DNA of 20,000 nucleotides from IMG/VR virus record IMGVR_UViG_3300009618_000004, one strand, 5' to 3'. Both the position numbers and the translations under genes were made by a program. Position 1 is the stretch's first letter, and every line of letters starts with the position of its first letter. Positions 1-8,337 of the stretch are shown here, one piece after another. The notes beneath the pieces were generated by a model, which had not been told where the DNA came from, did no database searches, and was given only the letters and a program-made list of their open reading frames with translations. The DNA comes from an uncultured virus (IMG/VR IMGVR_UViG_3300009618_000004). Its lineage: Duplodnaviria > Heunggongvirae > Uroviricota > Caudoviricetes.

Positions 1-1
1 T

Positions 2-559
2 GCCGCCTACAGGGAGCGCCAATCAACTTTCTGGCGGCTGTGGCTCAGAATCCGGCATGGGAAGGTTGCGCCGCGGCTGGAGTCGCTACACGGCATCCCT
101 GTGGCACAGGCCGACTACCTGCCCGACGGCGGCTTATTCCTGCAGGTGGCTGACCGAGCCCAAGTGGGACTGCCGGCGGCGCCGGGCGTGCCAACCAGTA
201 TGGGACCGCCTGCCGGTATGGAGCAGGCCGCCCAGGATGCTCGGCAGCAGCTCGCGGCTCGGGGTGAGGAGTTTTGGAAGAAGGATCGCATCCAGGCGCT
301 GAACGATGCGATGGACGGCGTGGCGGGGCCGGGCGAGATCCGGCCAACACTGAACGACCTGTCAAGCGGGGGCGGCGCGCGGCCGTCGGCGAGCGATGTG
401 TTGATGAAGGCGATGGAGGACGTGGACGACCTGAACGGCATTGTTGTAGTGCGCGTGCATCGCAACGGCAACGTAGATCTCTGCCTTAACGTAGATCAGT
501 TCGCCGCCCAAGGGGTTCTCCAGAAGGCGCAGCAGTATTTGTTTATGAAGGGGTATTGA
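2..559 (+). CDS. Hypothetical protein, 5'-truncated by the window edge (the frame of ORF 101..559 is open back to base 2)
   Basis: No stop from 2 to TGA 557-559. The stop overlaps the ATG of the next gene (TGATG). Confidence 0.7.
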   Translation, partial: AAYRERQSTFWRLWLRIRHGKVAPRLESLHGIPVAQADYLPDGGLFLQVADRAQVGLPAAPGVPTSMGPPAGMEQAAQDARQQLAARGEEFWKKDRIQALNDAMDGVAGPGEIRPTLNDLSSGGGARPSASDVLMKAMEDVDDLNGIVVVRVHRNGNVDLCLNVDQFAAQGVLQKAQQYLFMKGY

Positions 560-2937
560 TGACGCCCTACTACGAATCCAACGGAGTGACGATCTATCAC
601 GGCGATTGCCGGGAGATATTACCACTACTTGAGTTAGTCCACGCGATAATCTGCGATCCACCTTATGAACTAGGTTTTATGGGAAAAGCATGGGATAAGT
701 CTGGTATTGCCTATGATGTGAAGATGTGGCAAGAGTGCTTGCGTGTACTCAAGCCCGGTGGCCACCTGCTTTCGTTTGGCGGGAGCCGTACCTATCACCG
801 CATGGCCTGCGCGATCGAGGATGCAGGATTCGAGATCCGCGACCAAATCATGTGGCTGTACGGATGCCTGGATGAGCAAACAGAACTTGTGTCTGAGAGT
901 GGAGTCAAGCCGTACCATAAAGCAAAAATAGGTGAGCGCGTATTGTGCTACAATCCAGAGAACGGCGAGTATTCTTACCAGCCAATCATGGAGATTGTCG
1001 AGTATGACTATAGCGATACCGCCTATCGTCTTATCGGAGATTTTGGAGAGCAAGTCGTCTCCAGAAACCATCGCTGCATTGTTGAACGAGGCGGAAGCGA
1101 AGTATTCCAATTTGCCGAAACGATCAGGTCCGAGGCGCGTGTACCCGTTTTGGAAGGTTTGTCAGAATTGCGGCAAGCCCTTTCCAACCTTCAATCGGAC
1201 TCAGGCGGCTCGGAACAAATCGTGCAGCCGAGAGTGCACCAATACACTGATTGGGAAAGGGAACAGCGGTTCGACTTCGCTAAAGAAGAGGAAGGGCAAG
1301 ATAGTTCCCTGTGTGGTGTGTGGGAAAGAGAAATGGGTTCCCTTGGCGTGGTTGAAGAAAATCAAGCAAACAGTGTGCAACTACGAGTGCAATGGAGTTC
1401 TGAGAGGCACAGCGTGGAAACAACACGCATACAAGGGGAGGAAACACTGGAAACCGGAATCGGAGGCTGCGTTGAAGATTCGCATGACGGGTCCGACCAA
1501 TCCAGCATGGAAGGGGGGTCTGACTTATCGGAAGCGCAAGGGAGCGTATGCCGACCAGCCAATAAAGTATGTTCGTTGCCCATCCGAGTTCCTGAGCATG
1601 GCGCGGAAGGATGGCTATGTGATGGAACATCGTCTCCTGGTCGCTCAGGTAATTGGCAGACCTCTCCAGAGAGCCGAAGCTGTTCATCACAGGAATCACA
1701 AAGCGAAGGAGAATCAACTAACCAACCTAATGCTGTTTGCGACGAACGCGGAACACAAGGCATACGAGCATGGCGCGGCCATAAAACCTCTTTGGTGCGG
1801 GTTGTGCCATTCCAATACACCGGAAAGATGTGGTGTCTGCGTGTATCGACAGGAGCCTTCGTCGCAGTCCGTGGCGGCGCAGCTTTCCCGACCGGCAATA
1901 GCGGATTTCCGAAGTCGCTGGACGTGAGCAAGGCGATTGACAAGGCGGCAGGCGCGACGCGGCCTGTCGTGGGCGTCAATACGAATGGCAGCGGTCCCAA
2001 CCTCACCAAACTCGACAATCATGAGGCTGGCGATACTGGCATCGGCTACATGGATGGGAGCGGCAAGGTATTCGATGTGACCGCGCCTGCCACTGTGGAA
2101 GCCAGGCAGTGGCAGGGTTGGGGCACGGCCCTGAAACCCGCTCACGAGCCTATCTGTGTAGCCCGCAAGCCCGTCGAGGGCACGGTCGCGGCCAACGTGC
2201 TCAAGAATGGCACTGGGGCTTTGAACATCGACGGATGCCGTATAGATGCGACCGACGATCTTGTTGAAGATGATGGTCGCAGAGTAGATATGGCGCGTGA
2301 GTCAATTGCGGAAGGATACGATAGACCAAACGCAACAATGTTTCGTACAGGTAAACCAGCGGTTCGTGGTGGTCCATCAAACCAACTTGGCCGCTGGCCT
2401 GCCAATGTCATCCACGACGGCAGCGATGAAGTTCTATCTTGCTTTCCTGAAAGCAAGGGTCAGCAAGGGGATGTTCGTGGTGATGAACCTTCAGGCGTAA
2501 CCGACGAGATATATGGAAAATTCAATGGACGAGTTTCTTCTCCTGCAAGACTTGACTCCAGCTCAGCCGCCCGTTTCTTTTACACCGCCAAGGCTGACAA
2601 AGAAGAGCGCGAGCGCAACTGCTGCGAACTTACCCCCCCCAAAAGGGATGGTTCTCGAAAGGATGGAAACCCTGGTGGTGACAATCCACGAAACCGAGGC
2701 GTTCACGAGCGCATTAACAATCACCCTACCGTCAAGCCTCTGGATTTGATGCGCTATCTCTGCAAGTTGCTTTGTCCGCCGAGCGGGGGAATCCTTCTGG
2801 ACCCATTTATGGGAAGTGGAAGCACGCTGATCGCCGGGCGTGGATTCTATCAACGTTGCATCGGTATCGAACTCGAAGAGAGGTACTGCGAGATTGCGGC
2901 GAAGAGACTGAGCCAACAGGTACTTGGTTTTGAATAG
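559..2937 (+). CDS. Beta-class N6A/N4C DNA methyltransferase (MTase-1) containing an intein
   Basis: IYHGDC, motif IV DPPY, LRVLKPGG, GWGTALKPAHEP, GRWPAN, NNHPTVKP and motif I LLDPFMGSGST. AAGGGG RBS before ATG 559. Confidence 0.95.
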   Translation: MTPYYESNGVTIYHGDCREILPLLELVHAIICDPPYELGFMGKAWDKSGIAYDVKMWQECLRVLKPGGHLLSFGGSRTYHRMACAIEDAGFEIRDQIMWLYGCLDEQTELVSESGVKPYHKAKIGERVLCYNPENGEYSYQPIMEIVEYDYSDTAYRLIGDFGEQVVSRNHRCIVERGGSEVFQFAETIRSEARVPVLEGLSELRQALSNLQSDSGGSEQIVQPRVHQYTDWEREQRFDFAKEEEGQDSSLCGVWEREMGSLGVVEENQANSVQLRVQWSSERHSVETTRIQGEETLETGIGGCVEDSHDGSDQSSMEGGSDLSEAQGSVCRPANKVCSLPIRVPEHGAEGWLCDGTSSPGRSGNWQTSPESRSCSSQESQSEGESTNQPNAVCDERGTQGIRAWRGHKTSLVRVVPFQYTGKMWCLRVSTGAFVAVRGGAAFPTGNSGFPKSLDVSKAIDKAAGATRPVVGVNTNGSGPNLTKLDNHEAGDTGIGYMDGSGKVFDVTAPATVEARQWQGWGTALKPAHEPICVARKPVEGTVAANVLKNGTGALNIDGCRIDATDDLVEDDGRRVDMARESIAEGYDRPNATMFRTGKPAVRGGPSNQLGRWPANVIHDGSDEVLSCFPESKGQQGDVRGDEPSGVTDEIYGKFNGRVSSPARLDSSSAARFFYTAKADKEERERNCCELTPPKRDGSRKDGNPGGDNPRNRGVHERINNHPTVKPLDLMRYLCKLLCPPSGGILLDPFMGSGSTLIAGRGFYQRCIGIELEERYCEIAAKRLSQQVLGFE
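865..1899 (+). mobile_element. Intein (345 aa) in MTase-1
   Basis: Starts CLDEQTELV (block A), has SRNH (block B) and YTGKMWCLRV (block F), and ends FPTGN followed by Ser(+1). Removal restores the WLYG-SGFPKS motif of this MTase family. Confidence 0.92.
932..1927 (+). CDS. HNH homing endonuclease in the +1 frame inside the intein (true start uncertain: 932, 1004, 1112 or 1139)
   Basis: Two Cys clusters (CQNC..CSREC, CVVC..CNYEC), NPAWKGG, and HNH core GYVMEHRLLVAQVIGRPL..EAVHHRNH..ENQLTNL..NAEH. Confidence 0.88.
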   Translation: MSAYCATIQRTASILTSQSWRLSSMTIAIPPIVLSEILESKSSPETIAALLNEAEAKYSNLPKRSGPRRVYPFWKVCQNCGKPFPTFNRTQAARNKSCSRECTNTLIGKGNSGSTSLKKRKGKIVPCVVCGKEKWVPLAWLKKIKQTVCNYECNGVLRGTAWKQHAYKGRKHWKPESEAALKIRMTGPTNPAWKGGLTYRKRKGAYADQPIKYVRCPSEFLSMARKDGYVMEHRLLVAQVIGRPLQRAEAVHHRNHKAKENQLTNLMLFATNAEHKAYEHGAAIKPLWCGLCHSNTPERCGVCVYRQEPSSQSVAAQLSRPAIADFRSRWT

Positions 2938-2941
2938 TAGC

Positions 2942-3181
2942 CTACTCGTCAATAAGGTGCCAGCAATCCGAATGAACAAACCGCTTCCCGCGCGGTGCCA
3001 GATATTTGAGAACCAGATCGTTGCCCACACTTCGATCCCCTTTGAAGATTTGGGAAAGTAATTGCATTGATATTCCGATCTCGTTCGCAAACTGGACCTG
3101 GGTCATTCCACCTTGACGGTCCTTGAGCATCTGGCGTAACTCGCCGGCGGTGTAGGGGGCTGGTGTGGGCTTATTGCTCAT
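2942..3181 (-). CDS. Cro/XRE-like HTH DNA-binding protein
   Basis: MTQVQFANEIGISMQLLSQIFKGDR is a typical HTH. AGGAAG RBS; start 3181 or 3187. Confidence 0.8.
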   Translation of the reverse strand: MSNKPTPAPYTAGELRQMLKDRQGGMTQVQFANEIGISMQLLSQIFKGDRSVGNDLVLKYLAPRGKRFVHSDCWHLIDE

Positions 3182-4031
3182 CGTCATCTTCCTTCTGCGG
3201 TATGCCGTCGAACGCCGCCTGCAGAACTTCGACCTGTTTTTGGAGAGTTTCCCTGATACGCTCAGCGTGTCCCACTCCATACCTCGCCTGGTCGAGAACG
3301 GTTTTTATGTTGGCTTTCCCGTCCATCAACATCCTCACCACCTTGCCGATCTTCTCTGGTTGAGTCCATCCATACGAAATTAATAGTCCAGACTCTTTCT
3401 CATAAGCGTCAACTTTCTCTTTTAATTCTTTGTAGTATTTCTCATATTCGTCCGTTCTTGTGCGAGACACCCCCTGTTTGTATCCCTCATCTCGCGCTGC
3501 GGTTAAAGCCGCAGCATCGGCTTTTGATTGGCGATTACTCACTGCATAAATGAGAGCGGTGAGCATGGTTATGCTCATAGGGAGTGGATCCAACCTAGGA
3601 CACGGCACAACACACTTGAGCCGGTTCTTTTGCGCCACAAACATTCCCCATGATTCTGGCAGTTCGCCGGGTTTAACAATGTCTTTATGGGGAACTACTA
3701 ATCCCCAATGGTGGCAATAGCGAAGGATGGACTCCGCCTTCTCCGGCTGTTTCAATTCCTTGAGCCAGTCGTTGCGTGAGACTTTCATCTCGAATCCCCA
3801 GATTGCCTTGCCCCGGCTCCGGTAAAGACTGATCGCCATAGCGTCCGCTGTTCGCACTCCGTCAAACCCGGTAGCATCCCTCACTTCTTCGAGGGTGATA
3901 TACGCTGGTGCCGTGAAACTTGCCTGAAGGCGAAGGAATAGATCATGAGCCGCGAGCTTGGCTCCCTCTTCCAACTCTTCGTCTGCCACAACTTCCGGTC
4001 CGATCAATTCTTCGTATGCGGGATCGCTCAT
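3171..4031 (-). CDS. PD-(D/E)XK-like protein (MmcB-like phage family) with coiled-coil C-terminus
   Basis: EEV..RTADAMA..WGFEMKVSRNDWLKELKQPEK..ELPESWG. ATGA coupling at 4028-4031. Confidence 0.7.
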   Translation of the reverse strand: MSDPAYEELIGPEVVADEELEEGAKLAAHDLFLRLQASFTAPAYITLEEVRDATGFDGVRTADAMAISLYRSRGKAIWGFEMKVSRNDWLKELKQPEKAESILRYCHHWGLVVPHKDIVKPGELPESWGMFVAQKNRLKCVVPCPRLDPLPMSITMLTALIYAVSNRQSKADAAALTAARDEGYKQGVSRTRTDEYEKYYKELKEKVDAYEKESGLLISYGWTQPEKIGKVVRMLMDGKANIKTVLDQARYGVGHAERIRETLQKQVEVLQAAFDGIPQKEDDDEQ

Positions 4032-4444
4032 GCTTTCTTCCCCCACGCGCCAACCTTATCTAACCCAAACGGCAACTCCCAGGTGGACGGCAAGACCCAG
4101 AGCACGCGCAGGTGCAACTTAGTCACCCACTCATCCTGCAGCGCCGGATATACCTCGACAGCGACAACTTCCGGACCAAATATCTCGTGGAGGGCTCGCT
4201 GAATTTCTTCCCACGTCAACTGCTCGATGTCACCGTGACGAATGAAAGTGACCTGCATGACGCCGCCGATCGCAGAATCAACCGCGAACATCTGGACTTC
4301 CATCCGGCTGTTGGCGTAGATAGCCATGCAGTTGATGAGCAGAGGATAGTCCTGTTGCATCTCAGGCGTGATAGTAACTTGCTCGAACGGCGTCCACTGC
4401 CGGCCAAACGCTTTGAGCAATGCGGTCTTGCGAACCTTCGTCAT
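4028..4444 (-). CDS. Conserved phage hypothetical protein
   Basis: TWEEIQRALHEIFGPEVVAVEVYP..HLRVLWVLP motif. ATGA overlaps on both sides. Confidence 0.75.
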   Translation of the reverse strand: MTKVRKTALLKAFGRQWTPFEQVTITPEMQQDYPLLINCMAIYANSRMEVQMFAVDSAIGGVMQVTFIRHGDIEQLTWEEIQRALHEIFGPEVVAVEVYPALQDEWVTKLHLRVLWVLPSTWELPFGLDKVGAWGKKA

Positions 4445-4770
4445 CTTAACACCTCCAGAACCATGTCGATCGCCTCGGCGCTCCTGACCATTGCGGTTGT
4501 GAAGCGCAGCAACTTGAAGCCGGCCAGCGATGCCGCATTGTACTTCCGGCAATCGTTCTCGAATCCTTCTCCGCGCGAGTGCCGGCTCTTACCGTACTTC
4601 GTCGCTCCCTCTATCTCGACCGCCAGGTTACGCTCTCTGAAGTAAAAATCGAATCTCCACTTACGGCCAGGGATCAATTCCACTTCATGCTCAGGATTTA
4701 AGTTGTGAGCCTTACAGTGAAGAGCAAAGGTTTCTTCCCCCTCACTGAGTTCTTGCGGTATCTCACTCAT
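4441..4770 (-). CDS. DUF559/Vsr-like small endonuclease
   Basis: RKWRFDF..LAVEIEG..RH..GFENDCRKYNAA..GFKLLRFT. Confidence 0.85.
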   Translation of the reverse strand: MSEIPQELSEGEETFALHCKAHNLNPEHEVELIPGRKWRFDFYFRERNLAVEIEGATKYGKSRHSRGEGFENDCRKYNAASLAGFKLLRFTTAMVRSAEAIDMVLEVLR

Positions 4771-5035
4771 GCCCCGGCCCGTCCTTCCGCTGTAGTTTGC
4801 TCACGATTGGCCAGTAGAGTTTAGGCTTTCGCTTGCGCTTTTCTTCAACCACGTAGCTTTCATGGTCCCTGCAACGCGGCGAATAAGAGTCGTTCGTAAA
4901 GAATGTTCCGGCAGGTAAAACGCGTACAACAATTCCTCTGTGATAATAACCAGCCCATCCAACCTTGGCTCGTTCTATCGTTAAGCCGTTGCTGGCCCAC
5001 TCAACCTCATCTCCTACTATAAATTGTCCGCTCAT
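4763..5035 (-). CDS. Hypothetical phage protein (MSGQFIVGDEVEW...KPKLYWP)
   Basis: Strong GGAGGGGGAG RBS; coupled to both neighbours. Confidence 0.7.
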   Translation of the reverse strand: MSGQFIVGDEVEWASNGLTIERAKVGWAGYYHRGIVVRVLPAGTFFTNDSYSPRCRDHESYVVEEKRKRKPKLYWPIVSKLQRKDGPGHE

Positions 5036-5072
5036 CGTCTCCCCCTCCATGCCCCGGCCCGTCCTTCCGCTG
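4768..5072. repeat. 25-bp exact direct repeat CATGCCCCGGCCCGTCCTTCCGCTG (4768-4792 and 5048-5072)
   Basis: Read directly from the sequence; the two copies bracket gene 4763-5035. Confidence 0.95.
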
Positions 5073-5787
5073 GCAGCACCTTGAACGTCAGCGCCCATAC
5101 CCACGGATTGCTGGCCCATGAGTGCTTCTTCGCGTTGATCGAATCCCAAAGGTAGCGATACCGCTTCTTGTAGGTATCACATTCCGTACAATCAGTATCC
5201 GGACATGCACCCGCCATAGACTGATATTCATAAAGGCGTGTTCCGCCACATCGGGGGCAAATCTTCCAATCATATTCCTCGCGCTCAGACTCAAGGCTCT
5301 CGCATCCTTCCGCAGCCGCATCCTCTTCGCTGATGTCCTGCACGCGCTCTACGCGGACCTCGGTAAGCTCAAGCCATATCCGAGCTGCCCATTTCGGCAT
5401 GAAGCGCGATGAACGGTAACGTCCCCACTCCCCAAAATCAAGCAGGTCGGCCTCTCCCCATTTGATTATGGTGCCGTCCGATCTGTACCGCAGTGGGCAC
5501 CCTGGGGTTTTATATCCAGCATCGAGGCACATCTTTGCAATCTCGGTGCCGTTCTTGTCATCGAGGTTCTTGCCAGTCTGCCAGCCCTCTTTGATGTAGA
5601 GCCGGTCGCCGGGAACGCCATAGGAATTCCATGCAGAATTTCCCGGATCAACGATGTACTTTGGCGTGAATCCATTGTTGAGTATCTCTAACGCGACTCC
5701 TTTCACAACTCGCCGCGTTTGAGTCTTGCGCCCTTCGCGGATCGCCCTTATGTTGTCCGGCGTAAACAGTATGCCCGTCTCTTTCAT
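5032..5787 (-). CDS. ASCH/PUA-like phage protein
   Basis: ILF..IRAIREGRKTQTRRVVK, GDRLYIKE, FMPKWAARIWLELTEVRVERVQDISEEDAAAEG, WASNPWVW; carries an inserted CxxC..CxxC. Confidence 0.85.
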   Translation of the reverse strand: MKETGILFTPDNIRAIREGRKTQTRRVVKGVALEILNNGFTPKYIVDPGNSAWNSYGVPGDRLYIKEGWQTGKNLDDKNGTEIAKMCLDAGYKTPGCPLRYRSDGTIIKWGEADLLDFGEWGRYRSSRFMPKWAARIWLELTEVRVERVQDISEEDAAAEGCESLESEREEYDWKICPRCGGTRLYEYQSMAGACPDTDCTECDTYKKRYRYLWDSINAKKHSWASNPWVWALTFKVLPAEGRAGAWRGRR

Positions 5788-6214
5788 CGTCTCCCCCCTC
5801 CATGCCCGCCTCTCGCAGCGCAGATGCAAGCGCAGATACTATATTCGCGTCTGAAACAATCTCGCCGTCGATCTTGTACACCGAGAAATAGCCTCTTCCC
5901 GCCGTCACTGTAATGCGCTCCTCCGGCGTCTTCGGCGCGGACGGGTGAAGACGGAATATCAAATCGTCAAGGAACGCAGGTGGCATAGGAATCTGGCAGT
6001 AATCAAATTCGTCTGCAACCGCTTTGCGTATCTCCTGCGCCGTCCAGCTTTTTTGAGCGCGACGGGCGAGTACGTCGTCGATGTCCCTCTTTGCCGCGAA
6101 CGCATCGTATTCAACTAGAGATGTGTTGTAGTAACGTTCCCATATTCCAGCAATCTGATAAAATTGATCGAAACTCAGCGCCCCATTCGCTAGCGTGCTT
6201 CCCTTAGTTGCCAT
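5648..6214 (-). CDS. Hypothetical protein (MATKGST...); 3' end overlaps the next gene by 140 nt
   Basis: GGAGGGG RBS; start overlaps the end of the upstream gene. Confidence 0.6.
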   Translation of the reverse strand: MATKGSTLANGALSFDQFYQIAGIWERYYNTSLVEYDAFAAKRDIDDVLARRAQKSWTAQEIRKAVADEFDYCQIPMPPAFLDDLIFRLHPSAPKTPEERITVTAGRGYFSVYKIDGEIVSDANIVSALASALREAGMEGGDDERDGHTVYAGQHKGDPRRAQDSNAASCERSRVRDTQQWIHAKVHR

Positions 6215-6497
6215 TGTTGCCCCTCCAACTCTTCTCAAGGTTCGTGAACAGTTCCGAGTTAACACCGAACGCAGCCGCAAACTCTTCCGCCATCGGACCA
6301 AGCACGATGTTCTTGTCTAAAGGCCCACATACCATGTACTTCTCTACAGCGAGACATTGTGTGGCCCAATCTGATTCGCTTTCGTATCGGCGCATACGGA
6401 ACACAACATCCTTGAGTGAATATCCACGTTCGTTCATCTCTTCTCTGATGAAAACGGATGGATGGAAAACCTCAGCGGGAATACGATCAGCGTCCAT
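6204..6497 (-). CDS. HigA-like HTH protein
   Basis: FHPSVFIREEMNERG..MAEEFAAAFGVNSELFTNLE..W resembles the HigA antitoxin HTH. No HigB partner seen. Confidence 0.65.
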   Translation of the reverse strand: MDADRIPAEVFHPSVFIREEMNERGYSLKDVVFRMRRYESESDWATQCLAVEKYMVCGPLDKNIVLGPMAEEFAAAFGVNSELFTNLEKSWRGNNGN

Positions 6498-6915
6498 TGA
6501 TAGCCTCTTGTTTCATACCCTCGGTTAGCTCGGCCAATGCGGATTGCAACCTGTTCCGCGTGCGTTGATCTCGGCACCAGATACGAACCCACTTGACCAC
6601 CGTATCGTGGTCGGCAGGCTCTTGCTCCTCTGTCGGCAACTCAGTTCCGAGGTAAGCGCCTTCCCTGAGCCAATCCGCGAAGTCTGCATCATCGGTGTAA
6701 AACTCGTCTTTCGCGCCTTCAATCTCTATTCTCAGTTGCCGAATTTCCTCTAGGCGCTCGCGGGTGAATGCGGCGGCAGGACCATAACCGCTAAAACGAC
6801 GCATATCATCTCCGCACACAATATAAACGCCGCCATACACAGAATCGCTGCCAGTGTCTACCCACGCGTCTCCTACCAGTTTCGCATCTCTTACCAGTTT
6901 CTCATAAGCGTCCAT
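6487..6915 (-). CDS. Hypothetical protein (MDAYEKLVRD...)
   Basis: Overlaps neighbours in the operon; AAGGGAG RBS. Confidence 0.65.
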   Translation of the reverse strand: MDAYEKLVRDAKLVGDAWVDTGSDSVYGGVYIVCGDDMRRFSGYGPAAAFTRERLEEIRQLRIEIEGAKDEFYTDDADFADWLREGAYLGTELPTEEQEPADHDTVVKWVRIWCRDQRTRNRLQSALAELTEGMKQEAINGR

Positions 6916-7210
6916 CCTTGGCTCCCTTCTGCGCGGCCTGGATGCGCCATGGATATAGCAACTGAATATCTGGCTGCCCATATCGCTCCCGACGCTCATT
7001 TGGTCTATATAAGATATTAGCTTTATCCATTTCTCGCAAAGCACGGCCAAACGCCATTGCTACTCCCGGCGGACCACCATTGCAACTCCGGCGATATGCT
7101 CTCGGATATTTGTCTGGAGGCCATACCTTTAGTATCAGATGTCCATAATAGGCACGACAATCAGGAAATCTTTGCAATTCTTCAACAATGCGCTGTTGTA
7201 GTTTTGTCAT
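6902..7210 (-). CDS. Hypothetical protein (MTKLQQRIVEE...)
   Basis: GAGGAAG RBS; ATGA coupling. Confidence 0.65.
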   Translation of the reverse strand: MTKLQQRIVEELQRFPDCRAYYGHLILKVWPPDKYPRAYRRSCNGGPPGVAMAFGRALREMDKANILYRPNERRERYGQPDIQLLYPWRIQAAQKGAKDGRL

Positions 7211-7455
7211 GCTTCCTCCTCTGCCAGAATCGCGCGGGCCGCCAGCAGCGCGTTGGCCTGTCTCTTTGTACGTGGCGGCGGGAAACGAAACGCAAGCTCT
7301 CGCAGCACGCCCTTGACCCGCTTCATCTCGCGGACGACTTCGGCGTATTCGCAATACTTCCCATCATCAGTCACTTCGCAGAGGATGGAACTCATCATGT
7401 TTACGTCCAACTCTGCGGACCTGATATGCAATCGCTGAATCATTCTGAGCCTCAA
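7207..7455 (-). CDS. Hypothetical protein
   Basis: Fills the operon gap with 4-nt overlaps on both sides. Confidence 0.55.
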   Translation of the reverse strand: MRLRMIQRLHIRSAELDVNMMSSILCEVTDDGKYCEYAEVVREMKRVKGVLRELAFRFPPPRTKRQANALLAARAILAEEEA

Positions 7456-7652
7456 TTCTTTCCTCGCGGCATGGTGATTTCAATGGTCGCGTCGCCGCTG
7501 CTCCAAATATGAAGCTCACGCTTTCCAGAGTACGCCATCCGCAGAACAGCGCGTTCCAATTCATTCTCAGGAGTCAACTCGATGTTGACATACGGCGATC
7601 TGCCATAGCCCCGCATCTCCCGATTGCCGCTTGATTTAATTTCTGCCTTCAT
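7452..7652 (-). CDS. Hypothetical protein
   Basis: GGGAGAG RBS; ATGA coupling. Confidence 0.6.
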   Translation of the reverse strand: MKAEIKSSGNREMRGYGRSPYVNIELTPENELERAVLRMAYSGKRELHIWSSGDATIEITMPRGKN

Positions 7653-8107
7653 TTGCTCTCTCCCTCGGCCCGTGGCTCCGCCTCATTGTGAACGAAAAAA
7701 TAACTATCGTCGTCCCGATACTCCTTCTTTGGATTGCACCAGCATTCAGGAACCAGGCAGTGATTTTTACCGTAAGTTGGAATCAAGTGATCGACTGATC
7801 CGTGTTCATCGCGCCACCTGACCAGAATCCAACCGTGCGCCGCGGCCTCTTCCGGCGTCGGAACATACTCGTCGTCAACCTGGTGCCCGTCAGAGAAACA
7901 AAGCGGCGCCTTCGCTTTGTAGCACTCATTGTCGGCGATGAAGAACTTGATGTACTGGCCGTTCTCAAACATGAGCTGGATGAAGGAGTCGGCATCCGGA
8001 TCGGCGAGTTCACCAACCTCGTTCTGTGTGATCTCCAGCAGACGCTGGCCGATGAAGAATCCGAGGATCTCGCGGATGTTGACTTCGACATCAGGTTTGT
8101 CGGTCAT
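7649..8107 (-). CDS. Hypothetical protein (MTDKPDV...) with C-terminal H..CWCxP..HN motif
   Basis: GAGGA RBS; ATGA coupling. Confidence 0.7.
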   Translation of the reverse strand: MTDKPDVEVNIREILGFFIGQRLLEITQNEVGELADPDADSFIQLMFENGQYIKFFIADNECYKAKAPLCFSDGHQVDDEYVPTPEEAAAHGWILVRWRDEHGSVDHLIPTYGKNHCLVPECWCNPKKEYRDDDSYFFVHNEAEPRAEGESK

Positions 8108-8337
8108 TCGACTATCCTCTTGAGAAGTCCCATTGCGCCGGCGTGAAGCCAGAACAGGAATCCGTTCACCATCCATGAACTCTGCTCCAACGTGAGACCG
8201 TTGTCGAGCGAGAACTGGCTCTCATCATCCTTCTCCGGCTTGAGGGTGTAGATGATAAGAATCTTGTCGATCTCTTCCGCGCGCGCCGCAATAGTCGCGG
8301 CCAGGTCCACGATACTTTCGATGTGCTCGGAGTTCAT
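8104..8337 (-). CDS. Hypothetical protein (MNSEHIES...)
   Basis: AGGGG RBS; ATGA coupling. Confidence 0.65.
   Translation of the reverse strand: MNSEHIESIVDLAATIAARAEEIDKILIIYTLKPEKDDESQFSLDNGLTLEQSSWMVNGFLFWLHAGAMGLLKRIVE

Noticed and set aside
670..3090. Antisense ORFs over MTase-1 (670-1110, 1280-1717, 1362-2018, 2563-3090, etc.)
   Set aside because: Shadow frames without recognisable motifs, unlike the +1 HNH frame.
4441..4770. Restriction-modification system (endonuclease plus MTases)
   Set aside because: The nuclease is a common small phage DUF559-like protein not adjacent to either MTase; the MTases look orphan.
6204..6497. HigBA toxin-antitoxin module
   Set aside because: No RelE/HigB-like neighbour recognised.
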